From positions 113,708,001 through 113,772,000 of the forward strand of contig OZ024740.1 of assembly GCA_964016885.1 (NCBI GenBank): a stretch of 64,000 nt of DNA, in the 5' to 3' direction. Origin of the DNA: Eledone cirrhosa. Taxonomy: Eukaryota. Below, piece by piece: positions 38,860-50,480 of this stretch. Positions within the stretch are counted from its first letter, which is position 1. Every line of letters begins with the position of its first letter. The position numbers and the translations under genes were made by a program. The notes beneath the pieces were generated by a model. That model did not search any database. It saw only the letters and a list, made by a program, of their open reading frames with translations, and was not told the origin of the DNA.

Positions 38860-39110
38860 CATGATTATCATCATCATCAACATCATCCTAATCACGAACA
38901 CTAAAACAACAACGACAACCACCATCACCAAACCACCACCAAGACAACCACCACCACCACCACCACCACCACCACCGCCACCGCCGCCGCCGCAGCCGCC
39001 GCTACCACCACCACCATTATCATCACCAGCGCCACTACCCCAACACCACAGCTAACACTAAAACCACTACCACAACCATCATCATCACGAGCACCACCAC
39101 TTTCATTATT
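38860..39110. repeat. (CAT)n/(CCA)n/(CCG)n low-complexity tract
   Basis: Seen directly. Confidence 0.9.
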
Positions 39111-39678
39111 ATTTTCATCTTTAAATGCACTGGGTAATTGCTGGCCTTGTGCCTAAAGTAGAAACAATTATTATCATCATGATTCTTCTTCTTGTTATTT
39201 GAAAATCTAATGCGCGAAGCTCGTATTAAATTGTGTACTACAACACCTGGTGCCACTAAGATTCTTTTCTTATTCTTATTTATTCCTTTTAATCATTTAT
39301 ATTCTAAGGTCTTCCATCTCTTCAACGACTTCTACCTGATTCATAAGATATTGGTAAAAATCTATGACATATTTACGACTATTTAGCTGTCACAACCAAG
39401 CTGCCAATCCAAGCGTTTATAATGTAAAAGAAATAATCGCAGACGCGTAGTCAACTATCACCCTGGATATTGCAAACGTTAATGGACGCTCAAGGTGTGT
39501 CGAATGCTATACACATTTTAATGCTCTTACGAAGATGTTTCGTTTGTCCGTTGATTATTTTCGATTAATACCAACCTAGTAGCATTTGTCTTCTGAAATC
39601 AATAATTAACTTCGTTATGTATGTATGTATTTTATGTATATATGCATGTGAGTGTATATATATATATATATATATATA

Positions 39679-39886
39679 GTACGTTATTCCGGGTTGAATC
39701 GGAGGTAACCACAGTAAGTAAGGTACTCAATACATTGCAGAGTATAAAAGTTTTAATATAGATGAGATTCTACAGGACTAGAACTGTTTCATTCTTTAGA
39801 GATCATCAGGAATCACTGGAGATTCCTGATGATTTCTAAAGAATGAAACAGTTCTAGTCCTGTAGAATCTCATCTATATTAAAACT
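39679..39886. mobile_element. Fold-back PLE-like LTR remnant with divergent hammerhead pair (39766-39814 minus, 39821-39869 plus)
   Basis: 66-bp arms 39749-39814 and 39821-39886. Each folds GATTC-CTGATGA-t(T/C)TCTaaAGAAt-GAAA-CAG-ttctagtc-CTG-TA-GAATC. Same family at 63870-64000. Confidence 0.8.
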
Positions 39887-39935
39887 ATATATATATATAT
39901 ATATATACGCATACATACACACACACACACACACG

Positions 39936-39993
<58 letters not shown>

Positions 39994-39999
<6 letters not shown>

Positions 40000-40217
40000 T
40001 TTTATTATGGCTAAATAGCGAGTCTTATTATTCTGGAGGTTCGCCTGTTTGTAATCATTATACATTATAATCATCATTATACTAATCATGTCTGATGAAC
40101 CTGTGATAAACAGGCGACACTCCAGAGTAACAAGAATCACGATTTACCCTTAAAATGAATATAAACCTCTACTTCGGTATTCAGTACTCTTTTCTGTCAG
40201 CCGCCAACCACATATTC
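39994..40217 (+). mobile_element. Short fold-back element with degenerate hammerhead core
   Basis: 39995-40050 is an imperfect inverted copy of ~40108-40161; CTGATGA-aCCTGT-gataa-ACAGGc-GACA. Confidence 0.5.
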
Positions 40218-40379
40218 ATATATATTTGTATATATTTGCATACGTATGGATGTATTTGTACGTATATATATGCATGTATATATATATGCGTATATATTTG
40301 CTTATGTGTGTGAAGAAGCGTAAATTACACACGCATGCATATATATGTGTGCGTGTGTGATTGTGTTTATCTGTGTGTG

Positions 40380-40447
<68 letters not shown>

Positions 40448-40509
40448 ATGTATTTATGTATGTATATATGTATGTATATATATATATATGTATGTATATA
40501 TATATATAT

Positions 40510-40809
40510 GTTGGTAAATATCATCTTGGTTAAGAGAGTGGGACTGGCTTTGTGCAGTGCCTTTGCTCACTATAAAAGCTTCACGGCACAGGCATTGCTT
40601 TATATCAGGAGATCTCTCTGCACTTGTCGTCATATGGTACCATGGGCCCAGCACTATGTGTCAATAATTGTCACAATGTAGTGTTTGTACCAGAGTTTTC
40701 AAGTCGCTGGCTGGACTAAAATGTCACACTCGTTCAGCGCATCGGTAGGGGTTCTCCTACATGGATATAAAGTAGTGGCCGTACTCGAAAACGAGTTGGT
40801 AGCCACCAT
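40510..40809 (+). mobile_element. 5'-truncated copy of the non-coding retroposon-like repeat at 46134-46670
   Basis: ~300 bp highly similar to 46374-46670 with the same 3' end (GCCACCA + microsatellite). Confidence 0.75.
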
Positions 40810-40871
40810 ATATATATATATATGTATATATATATATGTGTGTGTATGTATATATGTGTATATGTGTATGT

Positions 40872-41017
<146 letters not shown>

Positions 41018-41315
41018 GTACATATAAGGTGCACATATGTTTGGACGGGTGATTGTATATATCAAACATACATTCAGCCACACATTGTATGCCTTTGTAT
41101 ATAGTGCTTGTGTATGGGTGTTTGGGTTTATATATAAGTAGCAATACATAGATCAATTCCACGGACACTTCATTTAGTCAAGTTGTAGATTTATCACTAA
41201 CCAAATTACAATGACCGAATCTGCATAGAGAGGGAAATACAAAAATGCACATATGCACCTATACACATATATATATGTTTGTACATATGTATGTATGTAT
41301 TTATGTATATATGTA

Positions 41316-41365
<50 letters not shown>

Positions 41366-41539
41366 TATATAATTCCTTTGAGCCCTATGTATTTAGAACG
41401 CTTTATAATGAACTTTGGCTTTGAGATGATAAGCGTATGGGGTTCCTTTATTTTAAGGTGCTCTGATATGATCTTGCCTCTAGAAAATGTTGAGCATGTT
41501 TTGAGAGTCCAATATTTATATATGTATATTTATACACAG

Positions 41540-41662
<123 letters not shown>

Positions 41663-42169
41663 TAGTTAGATAGATAGAGAGATGAATGGATTTCTACAAG
41701 TACATTGAAGCACTTATGAAGACAGATAAAAATATACTCACACAAATCTCTTTACCCCTGTGTGTGTCAGTGTGTGTGGGTGTGTGGGTGTTTAGTGAAA
41801 AATCAAATTAATTACCACCTGCTATGCCTTCATACAAAGCCAAGAATATATAATTCATAAAATGTAGATATCTGCTTAGCTTTCTATCTTTAGAAATCAG
41901 TAACTGGTCGTGTGGTTTGAGTATCTGCATGCTGGATAAAATCCAAATCGGTACGTATCCTGCCACGGGCGGTACGTTCATTCGATGCAAATTTCAAATA
42001 TGAAAATCTAATCGAATTCAAATTAGTAAGGTTGGATTAAATCTTTTTCGTAATATCAGTTTCTTTACATTTTTTTCTGTTGAGTTATTTTAATGGACTG
42101 TTTCATGTTTTCCATTGGTGAACTAGAAATTGTCTGCACATTCTTTTCTCCAGCAGAGATTCCATTAAG

Positions 42170-42290
42170 GTGAAAGCACATGGCCTTGTAGGTTGGATGT
42201 TAAACTCATGATCATAAATCTTTCTGATCGATTACTGGAACGGTCAGCACACTATATTCTTATTAAGATCCTTCGTTTTACGGTACTTTT
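42170..42290 (+). mobile_element. Old SINE family A copy
   Basis: GTGAAAGCACATGGCCTTGTAGGTT head; degenerate body. Confidence 0.45.
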
Positions 42291-43624
42291 CATACATGAG
42301 TCCAGCTAAACCTTCCTATGTGTGACATGTAAAGTTCATTTCCATTTCATTTTTCATTATATTTAGGGTACTCGTAAGACGCTATTCCAATGAGTGGATA
42401 GTTGGCCTTAGCTATTTAAACTTCTCGTCCAAACCGATAAGTAAATGATCGTTTGATCGTGGATTAGAGCTGCACCAGTTGGATAGTGTCTAGATATTTA
42501 GGTCAGCAACGATAAGAAAGCAAATAACTCAGACATAATTTTATAAATTGACATCGCAATATATGTAGAAACAAGATACTGATCAATCAAACTAGAAACT
42601 ACCGAGAAAACAAATTAAATAGGAAGAATGTCAGACGTTATATTTGTGAATACCAAAGTTTATTCGGTCCACAATGTATACAGAGTTCCTAGATTATGTC
42701 ATCGTAGTGAAAGTCAATCGTCCCTACGGGATTAACCTCAAGAATGACACATGATATTGCTCATTACTGTTCCAATTAATCACAAGAAAATGACCAGGCC
42801 CATTTGTCACTTTAGTAATGTGCATACTGTAATGACATCCACAGGTTGAAATGTTGGCTTGCATGGACACATACTTAATATGTTGGTTTCTACAATAACC
42901 TCGAGTCTATCAAATGTCATTGTACGTGAAAGTGGGTTATGGGAGGCTTCATCACCAAACTGCCAAAAACAAAATTCAGACTGTTTTAATTTCTTGCATA
43001 TTTCGTGACCATTTGCCATTTCATGAAATATCCGAGAGAAATTATTTATCATAAAGAAAATAGAATTGTTATTTTGAACATAGCAATTCTGTTTTTTTAT
43101 TTTATGTAAATCAGCTTTGAAAAAACATCTCTCAAATTAGAAGGGTCAGGTATGAGCTGATGTTTCTGCTTCGTGTTCGGGAAAAAAATAATATCCGGGC
43201 ACTGTTGTCATGACGATGCTTTCAAAGCGTATTTTCTTTAAATCGAATAAACGTGAAATAATAAATTAAGTTTTTGGCAGACAATTGACCGCTGTAAACT
43301 TCTCATGTCGAGAAGAGCTATCTATAAGAAATTTACACCTTAGTCTGTATTACTACTGAAATTGTTTATTTTCAAAATTGGGAAATTACAACATATTTTA
43401 TCGAGAATCAGTCGTTTACTAAAACATTGCTGAGGATGAAGACAATATATACAGTTATCCGATTGACATATCAATCACCTCACACCCTCCATTTAGATAT
43501 TAATGGGTTGATCCGTATAGCTGTTGTAAGATTTCAGTATCGTGGATTTTGCAATAATACAAATATTGGAACATCCCATTTGAGTTATATGTGCACATGT
43601 GCATAAGCATCTGTATTTATACGA

Positions 43625-44670
43625 GTGCATATGTAGTTATTAAGCGCTGAAATTTTCAGAGGTTTTACATATTTTTACAGTTCCTTTAATGGACTCTACT
43701 TGCAACTTTGTAATTTGCCGTGCTCTTTCTGCTTCTCTAAAGCCTTTCTTCTCAACAATTGTACTAAGGTGGTTCGTAACATATTCAAAAAGTCCCAATA
43801 CTCACAGCTATGAATTTAAAAATAGAGTCATGGTGGAGTATCTTCAGATTACTTATTTCTTCAGTATAGATGTTCGACTTTTCGCTAATCATGTATGTGT
43901 GAATGTGTGTATGCATGTGTGTATGTTCTGGTTTTATAATTTCACCAACTTTTGCCAATAGAGAGAGAGCTGGATTCTAACATAGATACAAGACTCTCAT
44001 TAGAATTACACAACATCAACTAGGTAGATATGTCTGCATGTATGCATGCATGTGTGTACAGCTAAGGATGTGTATGTTTTGAGTTGTATGTGTGCATGTG
44101 CATATGATTTGTATCCGTACAAGTGTATATACAGTTATTAGATGCAGAATCTTTGGAATGTTTACATATTTTACTGATCCATTAGATTGTACTTGCAATT
44201 TCCTAACTAGTCGTGCTCTTTCTGTTGCAGTGAAACCCAGCTTCTCAGGATTTGTACTGAGGCAGTTACTAACATATCCCAGTGCCCCAATAATCATAGG
44301 CATAAATCTGAAGGTACAGACAGGGTGGAGTGTCTGTAGGGTTTCTCATTAATTCTAGATAGATATTCTCCTTTTCACTAATCTTTGATATTATATTGGT
44401 ATCTGCTGGGCAGCTAACTTCCACTACTGTGCATGCCTTCTTTTCCCTGTCCCATATCATAATATCTACTCTGTTATGCCTGCATTTTATTGGGACATTT
44501 ACTGAAACTTTTCACCAGTACACTTTCATAATATGTATATGTATGTCCTCCATATTGCTGTAGCTTTTAATGTGTTTATTTTCGGAGCTATCCTTTTTAC
44601 GTTTTGCATTGTACTTGCATTTTATTGGGGTTTTTACTGGGACATTCCACCAGCATTCTTTCATATTATG
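43625..44670 (-). mobile_element. R4/Dong-like RLE fragments: main piece 44130-44525, older 3' duplicate ~43625-43870, short piece ~44610-44670
   Basis: WDREKKACTVVEVSCPADTNI..K..EKENIY, PMIIGALG, RKLQVQS; WWNVPVKTPIKCKYN. Confidence 0.75.
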
Positions 44671-44713
44671 TATGTATGCATGTATGTATATATACATGTA
44701 TGTATGATATGTA

Positions 44714-44794
<81 letters not shown>

Positions 44795-45192
44795 ACGTAT
44801 GTATTTATTTGCAATCTTAAACCTTAGTACAGGGTAAAATCTATTATTTTCCGTATATTTAGTTTGTTAGAGAGCCGGATTATGATCGGGGATTACCACA
44901 GTTAAGTCTATAATAGGGAAAACTTGTCCAAGAGGCTGATCCCAGAATGATATGATTGTGATGTATAACCCTTACCCCTCACGGTCATGTTTCCGTCTAT
45001 TTAAATAAAAAAAATTACATCGTTTAAGAGAAGTATTTAAAGCACAAATACGTGAATCTGGTCCCATGAAATAGTTTCACTTGAATTGAGTAATCTTTGA
45101 TGAAATTACTAGCCAAATTAGTGTAACACCTTAATTTATATACACACACACACACTTATGTATGTGTGTGTGTAAATATGTGTGTAAATATA

Positions 45193-45510
45193 CACAAGCA
45201 AGAGGTGGACAGATTCCCTTCGTCAGCTGTTTACTACGGGTCATGGTTTACTTCGGTTACTCACTTACATGTGCCATTGTTCCGTGTTCCCCCTTCTATC
45301 GGTATGTTTACTTTTTTTCTCCTCCCTTTTTTTCTTTCTTTCCCTAGATAGATATAGATAGATGCTCTGTTTATAATGCGCCGAAACATCCATGACCCGT
45401 AGTAAACAGCTGACGAAGGGAAACTATCCACCTCTTGTTTGTGACACCTTACCTTCTAACACTCGTTATCAGTAACCACGCAGCCTCCCCTTGCTCAATC
45501 CATATTTTTG
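45193..45510 (+). repeat. Fold-back repeat (arms ~45193-45265 and ~45381-45444), probable PLE pLTR remnant
   Basis: CCCTTCGTCAGCTGTTTACTACGGGTCATGG and its exact reverse complement; contains CTGACGA but no complete hammerhead fold. Confidence 0.6.
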
Positions 45511-45849
45511 TATATATATATATACATATATACTAAGGAAAAGAGAAATAAATCTAAAATGTGGAAGATGGGGGTGATTTCTAATAACAGTTTGACTTAT
45601 TTCTTCATTACTCTTGGTTTCATAAATGTAAACGTAATAACACCTTTTCGACTGCTTGAAATAATGTGCACAATAAGTATGTGACTATAAACCCAATATA
45701 TATATAAATATATATATATATTGGTTTATTCAAAGCTGTCTACGCTATGTTGCTAGACTGAGAACTTTGCTTCAGAAAAATTGAAAAATGAAAGTAGAAA
45801 AACATTCATTCGAGTAAATAGATGATTAAATAGATGAGTAAATAGATGA

Positions 45850-45889
<40 letters not shown>

Positions 45890-45893
45890 TTGT

Positions 45894-46092
45894 TTATTTA
45901 TTAAAATAACAGATTAAAGTTTAAGCAAAGATTCGCTGCTTTCACCTTTAACGGGATCTTCTCAAATTCTTTGCTTAAACTTTAATCTGTTATTTTATTA
46001 AATACTTGCTCTACGGTTCTTATATATTTGATATATATTTATCCTTATCGAGCCCTCTTTGGATTTTAGTCTTTAAATTTATTATTATTACT
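45894..46092 (+). mobile_element. Second copy of the fold-back element at 2841-3045
   Basis: Same arms and same 3' tail (GCTCTACGGTTCTTATATATTTGAT...CGAGCCCTC...TTATTATTACTAT). Confidence 0.7.
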
Positions 46093-46133
46093 ATATATAT
46101 AATGTATGTATGTATGTATGTATGTATGCATGT

Positions 46134-46670
46134 CGGGTCGCTGGCAACCCCATCAAGGTTTCTTGGTGAGGAGGGTGACTTTGGACATCCTGCAGGACTA
46201 AAAACAAAACCTGTCAAAGAGCAAAGTAGCTCTTAAGAGTCAATGGCCATCCAAAATCACCGGGAGAGATGACCCCTTAGCCTTTGTCAAGGCAGAATTC
46301 TAGAAGAAGTAAAACTCTAATTTAACACCTGCAACTCTGATGGCATCCAATTATGTTGACTTGTTCTTCTTTTTGGTAAATATCTTCTTGGTTAAGCGAA
46401 TGGGACTGGATTTGTGCAGTGCCTTTGCTCACTATAAAAGCTTCACGGCACAGGCATTGCTTTATATCTGGAGTTCTCTCCGAACTTGTCATCACACGGT
46501 ACCAAGGTCCCAGCACTATGTGTCAATAATTGTCACAAGTGTAGTGTTTGTACCAGAGTTTTCAAGTCGCTGGCTGGACTAAAATGTCACACTCGTTCAG
46601 CGCATGGGTAGGAGTTTTCCTACATGGATATAAAGTAGTGGCCGTACTCGAAAACGAGTTGGCAGCCACC
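46134..46670 (+). mobile_element. Non-coding retroposon-like element, possibly RTE-derived, inserted in (TATG)n
   Basis: Candidate TSD ATGTATGCATGT on both sides; a 5'-truncated sister copy is at 40510-40809. GAAGAAGTAAAACTCT resembles RTE 5' UTR motifs (from memory, unverified). Confidence 0.55.
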
Positions 46671-46681
46671 ATGTATGCATG

Positions 46682-46735
<54 letters not shown>

Positions 46736-48018
46736 AAAATATGTGTGTGTGTGTGTGTGTGTGTGGAAATGAAAAAATTCCTTTATATATATGATGTATA
46801 CGTACATATATGCATAAATATATACTTTCGTATTATAATGCACAGGTCCATACACACATATATGTGCCTCTTTGCCTCGGTCGGTTTATCTCTGTTTCTC
46901 TATGTTCTGATTGTTTGGGTCTATGTTTTTCTGCCTGTGTGTCTGTATGTGTGTAGAGATGTTTCTGTGTTTATGTGTCTGTGTTTGTGTGTGAGTCTGT
47001 CTGTCTGTGATCGTACGTACGTTTTGCATCGTTCTCGTGTGCTAATGTGTGGTTATATTTTAAATCCGATTTATGGCTGTCTATATTATATCGAAATTTC
47101 ATTTATATCGATTTCAGTCGTATCACTTATATTTCATCTTACAAAGACCTCTTGTACTTGATATTACCACAGTGAGTTATCATTTGCTTTCTGACATTAT
47201 ATGCTCCGAAACGGGAACTCAAGATATGATATACAGTCTCTCATATAGCTTTTTCTTTTTACCACTTTCTACATCTCTTTCACTTTATCGCTTTCTTTCC
47301 TTCCCACTCTTTATATTTCGAGGATTACTCTCTATATATCTGTTCATCTATTCATATCTGATTACTTGTTTGTAGCTATATATTTATCTTTATTTCTATC
47401 GCTTCGTACTATCGTAGTATGATGGCATATGGGTTTTGAAATATGCTCATGTACTAACACACCTAGCACTATACACGCACACAGGCACACACGTACACAT
47501 GCACACAAGCACACCCGCACATATGAACACACGTACAAAGACGTCTGTTTTATTGCATACATATATACGTTTGTCTGTCTACGTACACAAGTTGGTACGG
47601 CGCCATTATAGTGACCATCCTAGTAAGTATATATATATATATAATTATTATATACATGCATACTTGTATATATTTAGAAAATGTATATATATTTTCATAC
47701 ATATCTACACGCATATCCGAGGATATAATAATGTGTATGTGGGTCTGTGTCTGTCATTGTACGCGTATATATAAGAATCTATGTATGTATGTGCACGAAA
47801 CAATGTGTGTGGTATGCATATGCCTACGGGTTAAGGCAATATTTTCTGTATAGAATGATATACGAAGAAACTGAACGCATATGATATATGTGTGTCGTTC
47901 TCCAGAACAACGGAAAATATTTCGTTAGATTTATGCAAAAATCTATATGTGGAATGCTAGAGATGCATTCAGAGAGATTTCTGTTATTCTGAGAGATTAA
48001 AAAAGAAAAACGAAAACT

Positions 48019-48111
<93 letters not shown>

Positions 48112-48496
48112 CATATAACTATATATATATATATATATATATACATTTATATATATATATATATATAATATATATAACTATATATATAAGTATGTACTAA
48201 GAGTGGGAAATGAAATATCGTTTCATTTTTTCCGTATATATATATATATATAAGTATGCATGTATACGTACATACATATATGTATACAGACGTACAGTAG
48301 CATGCACATATATATATATATATATACATATATACATACATATGCATACAGGTACACATACATATATGCACGTATCAGTTTAGCGGCGCTTATTATAACG
48401 TCGCTTTGTTCGTTTGTAAACAAACTGAACAGCCTGAATTTATGCCATACGGTGTTAAGGCAACCACGTCACCTTTTTGTTCAACACTGACACAGG

Positions 48497-48541
48497 AACG
48501 ATGTACTAGTTTCAAGCTTGTTAGCTATCATCAGCACCGTT
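48497..48541 (-). ncRNA. Type I hammerhead motif (471-nt family)
   Basis: Reverse complement of 49111-49155. Confidence 0.85.
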
Positions 48542-49110
48542 TACCCATCTGCCAGATAGTTGAACGTTCGAAAGTATATACTTCCCTTATGAAAATTAAG
48601 GCTGAGCAGCCTAATTTGCATATTGAGTGAGTTAAATCGGTCAGGCATACCGAAAACGATAAATTGAAACAAAATGAAAACGAAATTTCATTTCTCACTC
48701 TTAGTATGGCACTTACTTAAATGTAAGTATGCATGTATACGTACATACATATATGTATACAGACGTACAGTAGCATGCACATATATATATATATATACAT
48801 ATATACATACATATGCATACAGGTACACATACATATATGCACGTATCAGTTTAGCGGCGCTTATTATAACGTCGCTTTGTTCGTTTGTAAACAAACTGAA
48901 CAGCCTGAATTTATGCCATACGGTGTTAAGGCAACCACGTCACCTTTTTGTTCAACACTGACACAGGAACGTTTTCATTTTGTTTCAATTTATCGTTTTC
49001 GGTATGCCTGACCGATTTAACTCACTCAATATGCAAATTAGGCTGCTCAGCCTTAATTTTCATAAGGGAAGTATATACTTTCGAACGTTCAACTATCTGG
49101 CAGATGGGTA

Positions 49111-49155
49111 AACGGTGCTGATGATAGCTAACAAGCTTGAAACTAGTACATCGTT
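49111..49155 (+). ncRNA. Type I hammerhead motif (471-nt family)
   Basis: AACGGTG-CTGATGA-tAGCT-aaca-AGCTt-GAAA-CTAG-TA^CATCGTT: 7-bp stem I, palindromic ACTAGT stem III, predicted cut after 49148. Confidence 0.87.
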
Positions 49156-49581
49156 CCTGTGTCAGTGTTGAACAAAAAGGTGACGTGGTTGCCTTAACAC
49201 CGTATGGCATAAATTCAGGCTGTTCAGTTTGTTTACAAACGAACAAAGCGACGTTATAATAAGCGCCGCTAAACTGATACGTGCATATATGTATGTGTAC
49301 CTGTATGCATATGTATGTATATATGTATATATATATATATATGTGCATGCTACTGTACGTCTGTATACATATATGTATGTACGTATACATGCATACTTAC
49401 ATTTAAGTAAGTGCCATTCTAAGAGTGAGAAATGAAATTTCGTTTTCATTTTGTTTCAATTTATCGTTTTCGGTATGCCTGACCGATTTAACTCACTCAA
49501 TATGCAAATTAGGCTGCTCAGCCTTAATTTTCATAAGGGAAGTATATACTTTCGAACGTTCAACTATCTGGCAGATGGGTA

Positions 49582-49626
49582 AACGGTGCTGATGATAGCT
49601 AACAAGCTTGAAACTAGTACATCGTT
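49582..49626 (+). ncRNA. Type I hammerhead motif (471-nt family)
   Basis: Identical to 49111-49155. Confidence 0.87.
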
Positions 49627-50052
49627 CCTGTGTCAGTGTTGAACAAAAAGGTGACGTGGTTGCCTTAACACCGTATGGCATAAATTCAGGCTGTTCAGTT
49701 TGTTTACAAACGAACAAAGCGACGTTATAATAAGCGCCGCTAAACTGATACGTGCATATATGTATGTGTACCTGTATGCATATGTATGTATATATGTATA
49801 TATATATATATATGAGCATGCTACTGTACGTCTGTATACATATATGTATGTACGTATACATGCATACTTACATTTAAGTAAGTGCCATACTAAGAGTGAG
49901 AAATGAAATTTCGTTTTCATTTTGTTTCAATTTATCGTTTTCGGTATGCCTGACCGATTTAACTCACTCAATATGCAAATTAGGCTGCTCAGCCTTAATT
50001 TTCATAAGGGAAGTATATACTTTCGAACGTTCAACTATCTGGCAGATGGGTA

Positions 50053-50097
50053 AACGGTGCTGATGATAGCTAACAAGCTTGAAACTAGTACATCGTT
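50053..50097 (+). ncRNA. Type I hammerhead motif (471-nt family)
   Basis: Identical to 49111-49155. Confidence 0.87.
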
Positions 50098-50400
50098 CCT
50101 GTGTCAGTGTTGAACAAAAAGGTGACGTGGTTGCCTTAACACCGTATGGCATAAATTCAGGCTGTTCAGTTTGTTTACAAACGAACAAAGCGACGTTATA
50201 ATAAGCGCCGCTAAACTGATACGTGCATATATGTATGTGTACCTGTATGCATATGTATGTATATATGTATATATATATATATATGTGCATGCTACTGTAC
50301 GTCTGTATACATATATGTATGTACGTATACATGCATACTTACATTTAAGTAAGTGCCATACTAAGAGTGAGAAATGAAATTTCGTTTTCATTTTGTTTCA

Positions 50401-50480
<80 letters not shown>

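Larger units (their letters stand above)
48251..50404. mobile_element. Retrozyme-like tandem array, 471-nt monomer: ~1.5 units on minus (48251-48971) joined head-to-head to ~3 units on plus (48970-50404)
   Basis: Exact period 471. Only two substitutions were spotted among copies (~49417, ~49815). One hammerhead per monomer; (TA)n flanks. Confidence 0.9.

Noticed and set aside
45381-45445. GAAAC...GTA...CTGACGA arranged as a type II hammerhead
   Set aside because: Stems I and III cannot be formed convincingly; kept only as a fold-back repeat.
48260-50391. Repeated 122-, 95- and 68-aa ORFs in the 471-bp array
   Set aside because: They recur only because the DNA is repeated, are partly microsatellite-derived and have no recognisable domain. 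The 122- and 95-aa frames are antisense to the ribozyme.
48251-50404. CRISPR-like array
   Set aside because: Units are identical end to end with no unique spacers, and the context is eukaryotic.
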